Source of the DNA: Salpingoeca rosetta
Lineage: Eukaryota; Protista; Choanoflagellata
Direction: 5' to 3'
Length of the DNA stretch: 64,000 nt
Assembly (NCBI GenBank): GCA_033442325.1
Contig: JAWQFM010000028.1
Location: 1-64,000, forward strand
The position numbers and the translations under genes were made by a program. A model generated the notes under the pieces. It was not told the origin of the DNA. It saw only the letters and a program-made list of their open reading frames with translations, and made no database searches. Shown here piece by piece: positions 37,851 through 49,385 of this stretch (positions are counted from its first letter, which is position 1; each line of letters starts with the position of its first letter).

Positions 37851-38072
37851 TGTCTGTGTGTGTCTGTGTGTGTCTGTGTGTGGGCGCTTGATGTCAAGCA
37901 CAGCGCACGCCTGTGACAACCTCACATTTTCACACACACACACACATCAACCCTCCACATTCACATTCACACACGCACATCCTCCTGCAGGATGCTGTGT
38001 GAGGACTTGAGGAGGATCTGGGAGCATGTGCAGACCATGTTTGACGAGCACGACTTGCACGGCTTGCCATGA
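35730..38072 (+). CDS. CPTP: Ceramide-1-phosphate transfer protein / GLTP-fold lipid transfer protein
   Basis: LGMVFSFVTKDIDSKICIL, SAARTLLRLHRALEFI, AYRHTLSQYHSWMIRQTVQVALRTL, ending VQTMFDEHDLHGLP*. These match recalled CPTP/ACD11 motifs (DxxxK, RxxLRLHR). The start exon is tentative. Confidence 0.88.
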
Positions 38073-38775
38073 TGACCATACCTTCACACCTTCTCTGCTT
38101 AGTCTGCTTGCTATCTTTTCTCCTATCAACCTCTTCCTCTGTTACCCTTACGTCGTCGTCGTTGTTATTGTTGTCACTTGTGTTGGCTTGCCCTGTTATA
38201 TATTGTGCAATTGGCCGGCTGATTGATTGGTCTTTCCTAACTCCGTGCTCGTGCGTGTGACGCGTCACCCACAAATCATCACGCATGCCGCAACCACGTG
38301 TCACATGTCATCACAACCACGCTGTGCCATCAATGTTCATCGCCATGGTCTTAACAATGTGTCTCGTGTCCGTCTCGTGCCGGCATTGCCACCTCTTATC
38401 AAAGCAACACGTGTGACGTGTCACGATCACAATAAAACGATCCCCAAAATGCTGCACAAACGTCAGCAAATGTGCGTGTTTCCGTACAGCAGATTTTCCC
38501 GCCAAAATGCTTTCATCCAAGTGTTCGGCAAAGAAAGAAGAAGTAGAGAAGTGCTGTGGAGGCTCACGTAAGAAGAAGAACATATTCTTCCCCCTCATGC
38601 AGGGCAGCAGGCTGCGGTGGTGGGATTGTGATGACATGAACAGCAACGGATGAACGCGCTGTGTGCACGTCTCACATCTCACATCACCAACGACTCAAAA
38701 ACACATCTCACCTCGAGACAACTTGCTGACTTGCAGAAGGCTTGGTCACATCACCACCACCACCACCCTGCCAGA

Positions 38776-40473
38776 ATGACATCGTCAGCTCCATCGTTTG
38801 TGGGTCAGGCAAAGCCAACGTTTTGCTCTTGCGTGTGTGTGAATGGCAGCATCTTTACTGTCTTGCGCACATCACATAATATGTGAGTGAGAACAGCCCG
38901 TCAATTGTGCAAATCTTCGCAACCCGCGCTCACACTCCATAATCTGCTCTCTTCGTACACTCTGGCTGGGCTGACTTTTAACAGCTGCTGCTGAACCCGT
39001 CCATGCAGTCAAGTGCCATCGCAACCGCGCTCGCCCAGTGTCAAGCCAGCGTTCGCCTTCGTTGTGAGTGTGCGCCGCACGGTGCTGTCGTGTATGTACC
39101 ATCTACCATGACATGCAACCAGCTCAACAAGACAACAGGCCAAATGGCCAAATCGTGTTCTCAACTGTCGTCCTTCTCTCGCCTGCTCCATTTTGTTCCC
39201 CCCCCCCTCGTCGCTTACCATCTTGTACACGTGTTTGTGTGCCGCAGACACGCGAAAGATCGAGCCGGACGTGATTCGTCTCACGCGACCGCCCATGTCC
39301 TTCCTGGTTGTGACGAAAGCCGCGTCGTTCACAACCACCCAAGCAACGTGCGTACGTTGGAGAGAACCGGTAACAGACTCCTTCTGCGCCTGCACTGCGG
39401 CTACCATGCCTGTCTTGTCAATGGTCCATTAGCCTCGATACTGAGATCCCCTTGGTTGTGCATGAGCGAGGGTATCCACTTACAAGAGTTGCTTGCACAT
39501 ACCACTGTACGCACACTAACCTGCACGCGCAGGCTGCAATCCTGTGTAGCCAGCTCAAAGGCCTGCTTTGTGCTGCTCATCTCAGATGATGGCATGCTCA
39601 GCAGCGCGCAACACCAGCTCCAACAAAGGTGAACAATCATGGGTCAACGCTGTGTGTGCGTGTGTGCGTGTGTGCGTGTGTGCGTGTGTGCGTGTGTGGG
39701 CGATGAGGCGCGAAGTTGAAACCGCTTTGTGTCACATTAGTGGAGTAGATGGGTGGGGGAGCGCTCGCGGTCATCACAGCATCACATCACAGCATCACAT
39801 CACAGCATCGTCATCTGTACGCGACCACCCGACTGAGGTCACGTGCCGCCTGGTCTCGTGCCTCGCAGGTCTCACACTAGCACCTCATGTCTTGGACAGG
39901 TGGATGGGGAGATCGGCAGTTGGTGTTCGCATGTGCGTGAGTGGCGCGCAGGCCAGCAAGGTGCTGATAAACACGGCCACGTGCTCACAGCCCAGCACGC
40001 GGCAGCAGCTTCGCACCATGCTCGTTGGTCGCCAGGAGGAGGAGGACGAACGTGGCGATCGTGGAGCACAGCAGCAGCAACAGCTGGCACGCTGCCTGGA
40101 GAACACTGGTCAACTCACCCAGTCGGAGGTATGAGAAGAGAAGTGCGTCGACGTGTGGTGTGTGTCTGTGTGTGTGTATGTCTGTGTGTGGGTTGGTGCG
40201 TGTGTGTGTGTGCGTGAATGGTGAGGGAGTGAGCACAGAACCTTAGCTACGAGAGAGTATTCACATGTACCCTCTCTCTCCTGTTGCGCTCCAGGCAGCA
40301 GTGTTCTGCACTCACCTTGCTCGCTTCACTGCGCAGCCTTTACAACTGTGCGTCTCTCTCTCTCTCTCTCCGTCTCGCTCCCTGTATGCTAGGCTGGTCT
40401 CATTCAGGATGGCTTTGGATCAGTGCAGCGCTTCAGTTCTGCCACGCAGCACTCGCTGCTCGCATGCAGGTAG
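38776..40473 (+). CDS. Probable SPO16/SCRE(C1orf146)/PTD-like inactive ERCC1/XPF-fold meiotic crossover protein
   Basis: Exons 38985-39063, 39249-39347, 39533-39629, 39900-40128 and 40393-40470 splice in frame to LLLNPSMQSSAIATAL...RYTRKIEPDVIRL...SFLVV...CFVLL...LQQRWMG...LTQSEAGLIQDGFGSVQRFSSAT. Start and end are tentative, and the similarity was judged from memory. Confidence 0.6.
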
Positions 40474-40623
40474 TCATTTAGGGAGGCTGAGGGAAGGAGG
40501 GATGACTGCTTGACTGGGTGGTGCAGATGTTTAGGATGTTTCTTTGGGTGGAGGAGAGAACAACATGGCAGTGCACATGCAGTCCTTGAGGGCACACCCA
40601 AAGCTAGAACGCAGCCTCTCATA

Positions 40624-40697
<74 letters not shown>

Positions 40698-41065
40698 CTG
40701 ATTTGAATTTGGCGGCACAAGTTTGTCTGCGCAAACGGCGGAAAGAGTGCACAAAGCCATTCTCCAGCAACAACTGTGACAGCGCGGCACTGTGTCCGTG
40801 CTCTTCTTGTTCTTTCTTTGCTTGCTCTTGGGTTGCACCGGCCTTGAAGCGAATACACAACAGCACAAGCACACAAGAAGCACACACACACACACACATA
40901 CATACATACATACATACACGGATCTGAGGAAGAAATACAAGTTCCAAGAAGAGAGGGTGGTGCCATCGTGACGCAAGAAGGCGTCAGGTCCCAGCAGCAA
41001 TCGTTGGCGATCAGCACACGTCGTGGCACGTGCCTCTGGTAGCCCACGACGGCAGGCACGCGTGC

Positions 41066-43062
41066 ATGCTTGCACTGCGCTTGAGCCGGCGCCGGCTCAC
41101 CACGAGAACAGCCCTCCTGGCAGATGGCAAGCGCAACGGTCTTCCCTTCACAGGGTGCGTGTGTGTCTGCCTGTGTGCGTGCGTCTGTCTCCCTGTGTGC
41201 GTGCGAACGTGCGTGTCTCAGTCTCTGTGGCTGCTTGTCTTCTGCCTTGTCTTCTTCGTACGTTGTCTCTCCCAACGTCTCCTGTGCTTGATTGCACCGC
41301 GCTCTTCCCCTCAATTCACCTGGCACCCACCTGCACACCCCCCCCCCCTCCGCGGCTCGTCACATCGGCAGATGGATCTCGTTCAAGCAGCGCGACCCAC
41401 AAGACAAGGGCTTCTTCACCCAGAACCCTGCCCCCATCCACTCCAAGGTGCTGCTGACTCATCTGGCGATCCATGCAGCTGCACATACCATGCTCAAGAG
41501 AGCGCTCACATCCTGTGCCATGCCCCTGCCTGCAGATTCTCAGCGCCAAAGCCGATCCCCAGGAGGACGAGCACGTCGTTGGTGCGTACACACGCTTGTG
41601 CAACCGAATGCTTGCACAGCATTGCATACGTGCTGCTTCGGTGCCAAATGCTGGCTGTTCGCGTGCTGGCGCTGGGTACCCCGGCTTTCAGCACCTGCAT
41701 TTGACAGTGGCAGCATCCGACTTTGATATATCTCACCAGCACACTGCCTGCTTCTTTGTTGTGACTTGCTGAGTAGGTGTCAAGACAAACGAGCAGCACG
41801 ATGTACCACCGCGTCCAAAGACAGTGGTACGTGCCCATGCCATCACCAGCATGTGTTTCGCAGTTACATACCTCTTTCACGATGCGTGTCCATCGGTCAC
41901 ATTCCCACACTGCAACTGCATCCATTCCATGCGTGGTGCTCAGAAGAAGGAGACAGAGGCGGTTGATGTGTCGCGCGTACCGCCACCAGAACAGATCAAC
42001 GTGGCAGCGCTTCGCGAAACAATGCAGGAGGACTGGCGGAAGCTGCAAGAAGCCAACAAGCGCTTGCGGCAGTGGCCATTCGAGGTCAGGCGCATGTGTG
42101 TGTGCGTGCGTGTGCGTGTGTGTGCGTGCATGTGTGCGTGTGTGTGCGTGTGTGTGCATGTGTGCGTGTGTGTGCATGTGTGTGTGTGTGCGTGTGTGTG
42201 CGTGTGTGGCACATCTCGCTGTGCAACTGCGCGACTTGCTTTTCAAATGCATCCTCACAGCTCCAAACTGACCGCGGCCCAACCACCACCACCACCACCA
42301 CCACCGCCACCACCACCACCGCCACTATCATCCCATCAGGCCGATGTGAAAGCGCCGAAGATGCCGCTGTCCACGCGCGTCACCGTCGCCCTCTCCCTCA
42401 CAGGGAACATGCTCATCTCGGCCGCCAAATTCTACGCGTACACGCGCACGGGACACAGCGCAATGCTCTCAGAGGCCATTCACACCCTCGTCGACGTCGG
42501 AAACCAGGTGCGTGTATGTGTGCATGTGTGTGTGTGTGTGAGTGAGTGAGTGAGTGTATGTGTTAGCGTGTGCGTGTGGCTTTCTGTGGGCATATATGTG
42601 TGTGTGTGTCAGTGTGTGTCGTACGTCTCCTGATGTGTTCAAGACAATAACTATTCTTACGCCGCCTCCTCCTTCTTCATCACGCAACACACCACCACGC
42701 GACCGCTGCGACCAGGCGATCCTTGGGTACGGGCTGATGGAGGCTGAGCGCTCGCCTGACCGCAAACACCAGTACGGTTACGGGCGCGCTGCCTTCTTCT
42801 ACTCGCTGCTCACTGCCATGTCCACGTTTGGCTTCGGCGCTCTCTACACGGGGTACCAGGGTACGCAGCCACTTGTGCCGCTGTGTGTCGTGCTGTGTGC
42901 CGCTTGCTGTACTTGCAAGCTGAGAGCAAGGCGTGAGGGAGAGTCAAGCTCGTGTGTTCTTTTCAGCCCCAATTACAGTTACATCCATTTCACCACCACC
43001 ATCACCACCACGACCACCACCACCACGACCACCATTATCGTCATCACCACCACCGCCACCAC

Positions 43063-43094
<32 letters not shown>

Positions 43095-43098
43095 TCAT

Positions 43099-43145
<47 letters not shown>

Positions 43146-43165
43146 CCACCACCACCACCACCACC

Positions 43166-43211
<46 letters not shown>

Positions 43212-43547
43212 GGCGTACATTCGCTGCTACATCCGCCAACGGAGCTGTCAAGTCTTCCGGAAACGTGGGCCATCCTTGCTGTTGGTCTCGCTGTTGACGG
43301 CTTTGTTCTCCACACCGCTCTCCGCAGCACCCGGTGGCGCGCACGCAAGGAGGGCGTGTCGACGGCGCAGTGGCTGCTGTCGTTTCGTGATCCGTTCACG
43401 GTTGCGGTCGTGTTTGAGGACAGCGCTGCTGTTGCCGGCGTCATTGTTGCCGCACTCGGCATTGGCATGACACAGGTGAAAGGAAGGGGGGGGGGGGTGT
43501 TATGGGTGTTGTGTGTGTGTTGTGTGTTGTGTGTTGTGTGTTTTGTG

Positions 43548-43610
<63 letters not shown>

Positions 43611-44232
43611 GTTGTGTTGTGTCACGCGATCAACCCTCACTGCCATTTCGCACCCCTTACTTCCACCACCATCGCCACCATCATAATTAACCACGCCAGG
43701 TGACGGGCAACCCCATCTACGATTCGTTGGCGACGCTGTGCATCTCGGGTCTGCTGGCGTCCGTCTCGCTCAAACTCATCCAACTGAACAGATCCTTCAT
43801 CCTCGGACGCGTAAGCACTGGCGTCGAGGTGGAGGGAAGAGTGGGGGGAGGGACGAGGGAGACAGGGAGGAGGCAGGGATTGCTTCGCGTTGTGCATGTG
43901 CTCGTGGTTGTACATGCGTGCAGTCGTGTGCAGTTGTGTGCGGTTATGTTTGAACGTGGCCTGTCCTCACCAGGAGCGAAGATACATCCACACCCCCCCA
44001 TCCCCTTCTCTAACACCACCACCACCACCACCACCACCACCGCGCGCCAGCCTGTCGATGACAGCATTCTGTCTGGGCTGCGGCGCATCTTGAAGCGGCG
44101 GCAGTCTGTTGACGAGGTGCACAGCGAGCAGTCCCAGTGGATTGGGCCCTCCATGTTCTCGTACAAGGCCGAGGTCGACTTTGACGGCACCTGGCTCGCT
44201 GTCCAGGTAACACATCATGATGGGAAGGCGAG

Positions 44233-44276
<44 letters not shown>

Positions 44277-44630
44277 GAACATGCATATGCGTGCATGTAT
44301 GTGTGCGCGTGCGTGCGTGTTTTGCCCTGACTGTGCCGAACCAAAAACCAAGCACACAGCATTCGTTACCATTTCGAGCAACTGCTTTCCACCACCATCA
44401 TTCATCGCCACCACTAACCTACGATCCCCGCCATCCTGCAGTTGTTTGAAAAGTACCGTCCAGTGTTCCTCAACGCCGCCGTGCAGGGCCACGATGCAAT
44501 GCAGCACGTGCGTATCGTCGTGTGGTTGCATGCGCGTTTGTGTGATTTTGCGTGCGTGCTTTGTGTGCAGTCGCACATGAAAGCGTATGACTGCACATCT
44601 GCATTTGCATGTCCCTTCCTACATCCACTC

Positions 44631-44670
<40 letters not shown>

Positions 44671-44677
44671 TACACGT

Positions 44678-44714
<37 letters not shown>

Positions 44715-45494
44715 ACGTATACATGACCACCACTACGGCCGGTTCCAGGAGCTGGTGTGGCTGCTGCCGGCGTTTGCGGAAGACGTCACGCGCGTCCTCG
44801 AGAAGGAAGTCCGCGATATCCAGGTGCCGACAGCAGTCCGCTGATGGTGGTGGTGGTGACTGATAGTCGTGGTGGTGATTGGGTGGATGAAGAGCCATGT
44901 CACGTGTGCGATGTAGTGTTTGTCTTATCTTCGTTCAACGATTCACCACCTACTACCGACCGTCCTTACCACCGACCGCAACGACGACCATACACACCAT
45001 CTGGTGTGATGTGCGACTGCAACAGGCGGAGGTGCGGCGGGTGTACCCGGCGGCCGGGTTTGTTGAGATTGTGCCAGACAGCTCGCAGACGACGCTGATG
45101 GCACTCGAGTCGTTTATGAAGAAGAAGGCGTCACGCCTCGTCGAGCAATACCAGGTCAGCGGAAGGTGGGAGGGAGGAGAACGGGAAGGACGGAAAGGAA
45201 GGGCGAGAAAGCGGCGCGTGGTGTCGATGGTTGCTTGCATCGCCCATAACCGAAAGGCATCAAGCCAGCGCAGTCAACACACGCCAACACATGCCGACAC
45301 GTGACCGTTTGCGCTCATTTACCCCCGCCCTCCACTGCTCACTGTGTGCGAAGGTTGAGGCGATGTTATCCGGAGACAGTATACAGCACCACAACGACCA
45401 CTACAACCTCGGCAGCTTCTATGTTGGCATGGGCCAGTTTGAAAAGGCCGCCACCCAATTCCAAATCTGCCAGGACCAGCGCGAGAGCCTCCTC

Positions 45495-45542
<48 letters not shown>

Positions 45543-46307
45543 TGTGTGCGATATGCGGCGATGCGTTGTGCACATATGTGTTTGTGTGTGTGTGTGCGTG
45601 TGTGTTTGTGTGTGTTTGATTTTACCTGGTCATGTGCTGCTCATCGCCGCTTCAACTTTCGCGTTTGCTCTTCAGGCCGTGGAAGCGAGGAAGTCGTGGC
45701 ATGCTTGGAACGGTCAGTGCATTTGTCATCATCGGGTCTCTCCTTAATACCCGCACACACACACACACACTCATTCACACACACACACACACACACACTC
45801 ATTCACACACACACACACACACACACGCACACTCACACATTCACTCACGGTGATACGTGCGTGGCATGTGCCCTTGTTTCTCGGCTCTTGCGTCATGTCC
45901 GCTATCCTCTTCCCTCATCACCACCACACTGTGCCTGCATGCACGCCAGGCTCGGATACGTGTACCGGCGCCTGGGCGACACGCGCCGCGCTCTGCAGTG
46001 CCTCAAGTCCGCACAGCAGATGATGGATGCAAACGAGGCGGCGAACCCGCTCCTACGTACGTGAACCCGTGGTGATGATGGATGGGTGTGGAGCTGAAGC
46101 AGGTCTCGTTGCCATCCAGTCGTATCATGTCACAACACCCGCAGTCCTTGTTTACCGTCGTACACACTTGTTCCGCGTGCGTCATCTTGTTTCGCCTTCC
46201 CTTTGACTGTGTTCATACATACTCTCTCACTCTCTCTCTTTCTCACACACACACAGACACACAGACACACAGACACACACACACACACACAGACAGACAC
46301 ACAGACA

Positions 46308-46338
<31 letters not shown>

Positions 46339-47541
46339 TCACTCATACAAACTCACTGATTCATACACACACACACTCTCTTCCGCCATCAGTTGCGTCT
46401 GTGCATGCTGAGATGGGCCTGGTGTTATCCGAGATGGGCCAAGTGATTGCTGCGAGCAAGAGCCTCGAGAAAGCGCTGGCACTGCGGCGGGCGCACCTCG
46501 ATCCCCTCAACCCGGCCATCCTCTCCCTTCTCCTCGCACTCGGAGACCTCTACGCCCGCATGCCCGCAGTGCGTGACGATGGGATGGTGGTGTTGGTGGT
46601 GGTGATGATGATGGCTGGCTTGGTTCGTGTACATGTTGATTGTGTGTGAGAGGGTTCTTTTTTGCTTTGTTTGCTTTGTTTATGTTTGTGTGACTGCTTG
46701 CTTGTGCGTCCATCCTGTGCTCCTGTCCCATCTCTCCTCACGTTTGTTTACGTCCGTTCACATGTGTTCAGAAGCGCACGATGGCGCTCGACTACTACCA
46801 GGAGCTGCTGCGCTGTCGCATCAAACTCTACGGAGACAAAGACCTCAGAGGTTTGCGCACCGTGATGCATGTCTTCTTGTGTGCGTGTGTGTGTGTGCGT
46901 GTGCGTGTGCGTGTGCGTGTGTGTGTTTGTGGACACGTGTGTGTTCGTTGCGCCGGGGTCTTTCCATCGTTCATGAACGTGCAACTGCAGTCCTATCACG
47001 CCAACCCTCGCACTGCATCTTCACACCGCTCCTTGATGCCGCCACCACCCCTCTTTCCCTTCCTCAACCCCCCGCTCCAAACTTCCTGACCTCGCTTCTC
47101 TTGTCACCAGTGGCTGACGTGTACCACAAGTTGGCGCTTGCGTGCAAGACGACCGGTCGGCTGGATCAGGCCATCGACTGCGCCAAGAACGCCGCACACA
47201 TCAAGGAGCGCTGCTTTGCGTCGAGTGACCCCGTCGCCGTCTCCGTCGCCTGGGAGGATGTTGGCGACCTCCTCCTCATGCTCGTACGTTGCGGCCGGGG
47301 GAGAGTTGGGGAGGTGGGGGGTAGTGCGTTTGCTGTGCGTTGCGACTTGTCAATGGCTTTTGAAAGTTGGTATGTTTTGATGAGCACACACGAATGCCTT
47401 TTGCCATCCGCCGACACACAACCACACATCCCACGCTCACACACACCTACTCACACGCTCACACACACTTACTCACACACTCACACACACACAAACACAA
47501 TTGCTCACACACATACACCTCCTCACACAAACACTATTACT

Positions 47542-47579
<38 letters not shown>

Positions 47580-47764
47580 CTATTGTTCACGCAAACGCAC
47601 AACAGAAGCAGTATGCGAGGGCGCAGGCTGCGTTTGAGCACGCGCTGAAGGTGTTGGACAACGTGGACGAGCGGGTGGACCATCCGGATGTCAGACGCAT
47701 CATCCACAAACTCATCGACATCTACCACAAGTTTGGCTTCCCCATCCCCAGCTCATGGAGATGA
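41066..47764 (+). CDS. SLC30A9: ZnT9/SLC30A9-like cation diffusion facilitator fused to a C-terminal TPR array; probable mitochondrial presequence
   Basis: TGHSAMLSEAIHTLVDVGNQ, HQYGYGR, VVFEDSAAVAG, TGNPIYDSLA, YKAEVDFDG are followed in frame by TPR-like units (YNLGSFYVGMGQFEKA, LGYVYRRLGDTRRAL, ADVYHKLALACKTTGRLDQA), ending SSWR*. The N-terminus MLALRLSRRRLTTRT is Arg-rich; the start is uncertain. Confidence 0.85.
42990..43210 (+). repeat. (CAC/CAT)n compound trinucleotide repeat in an intron
   Basis: Directly visible; it runs right up to the CAG acceptor at about 43212. Confidence 0.95.
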
Positions 47765-47782
47765 CATGCAGGATGTATGTGA

Positions 47783-47866
<84 letters not shown>

Positions 47867-48292
47867 AGCACGATGCGGGTGGATCACGGCGTAGCGTTTA
47901 GGTCATTGTTACCGAGTAACATGAGAAGATGAGGCGTGTGGTGAGAACATGCGAGAGTTAGCGCAGATGGCTTTTCCTTTGTCACTCGTTTGTGAAGCTG
48001 CTTTTGGTAAGTGAACATGTGCGTGCCAACACCGGGGGATGTGGACAATGTGTACAAATCGCATGTGCATGCGTGCATGTGTGCATCCTAGCTAGTTTGT
48101 TTGAGTTGTGCGCGCGCTTGTGTGTGTGTGTGTGTTGTGTGGTTTTGGTGCGTGTGTCTCCGCTTGTGTCTTTGCGTGTGTGCGTGTGTGTGATGAGCTG
48201 TTATAACTGCCAAATGAACTGCGATCACGAAAGGAAGCGTTCACAACGGATGTTGTTGTGGCTGCCGGTTAGTTTGATCTTGATCCACAACA

Positions 48293-48390
<98 letters not shown>

Positions 48391-48897
48391 ACACACACAC
48401 ACACACCACAGCCTTTTTTTGTGCTGTCGGCAGCAATTTTTCTTCGACCGACCACGACGATTTTCGCTGACACTTCGCTGACGTGTGGTCTGCATTTGAT
48501 CGATATCAACTGTACCGTTCACATCTCCCATCTGCTTATCTCCCGCCAACTGCCGCTGCAGTTGAACACACACACACACACACATACACGCACACGCACA
48601 TACACAAGGTACATGACATGTGTTGCATATGCGATCCCAGTTTACTTCATTCTTTCCTTGTTTTCGCCTTCGCAACTCCCCACATCATATTCGACAAGCT
48701 GCTTGCTTGCTTGCTTGTCTGTCGACAAAAGCGCTTGGTTCTGCTGTCTCATCAGCATCCATCAGCATCCTCACCAGTCGGCATCCACCTGTGTCGATCC
48801 ACCCACTGCGCTACCTCTCACCCTGCCTCTTCTGCCTGTGTCCTCCTTTTTTGTTCATCCAAAGGGGCGTCTTCAGCCTTTGTGACAGTGCTGACCT

Positions 48898-49307
48898 ATG
48901 TCCAAGAAGCGCGGAAGGGGGCGCAGAAGGTTATTTCTTGGAAGATACCGAGGGCGTCGTCGGCAATTCAGACCAGGCATGGCAAACGCACTGCTGCTGC
49001 GTGAGGGCGCAAAGACCGACAAGCTCCTGCCGTACGAGGCCAACTCCGAGGAAGAGTTTCGCGCATACCTGCTGCCCGGCATCGAGCATCTGCGCGACCT
49101 TGTTCTCAATGATGGCCCTCTCGACGAGATCCGGGACTGCGTCCACTTTCTCAAGAGGTGCGTCACCGTGCCGTGCTTTGTCGACGCGTTGCCGTCGTGG
49201 CGATGGCATGTGTGCGTGTGCGGGTGTGTACCTGCGGATTGCAGGTGCTGCTTGCTTGTGTCCCCTCTTGCATGCATGCATGTGCACATACGCTGGCACA
49301 GTCCCTT

Positions 49308-49338
<31 letters not shown>

Positions 49339-49351
49339 CACACACACCCAT

Positions 49352-49385
<34 letters not shown>

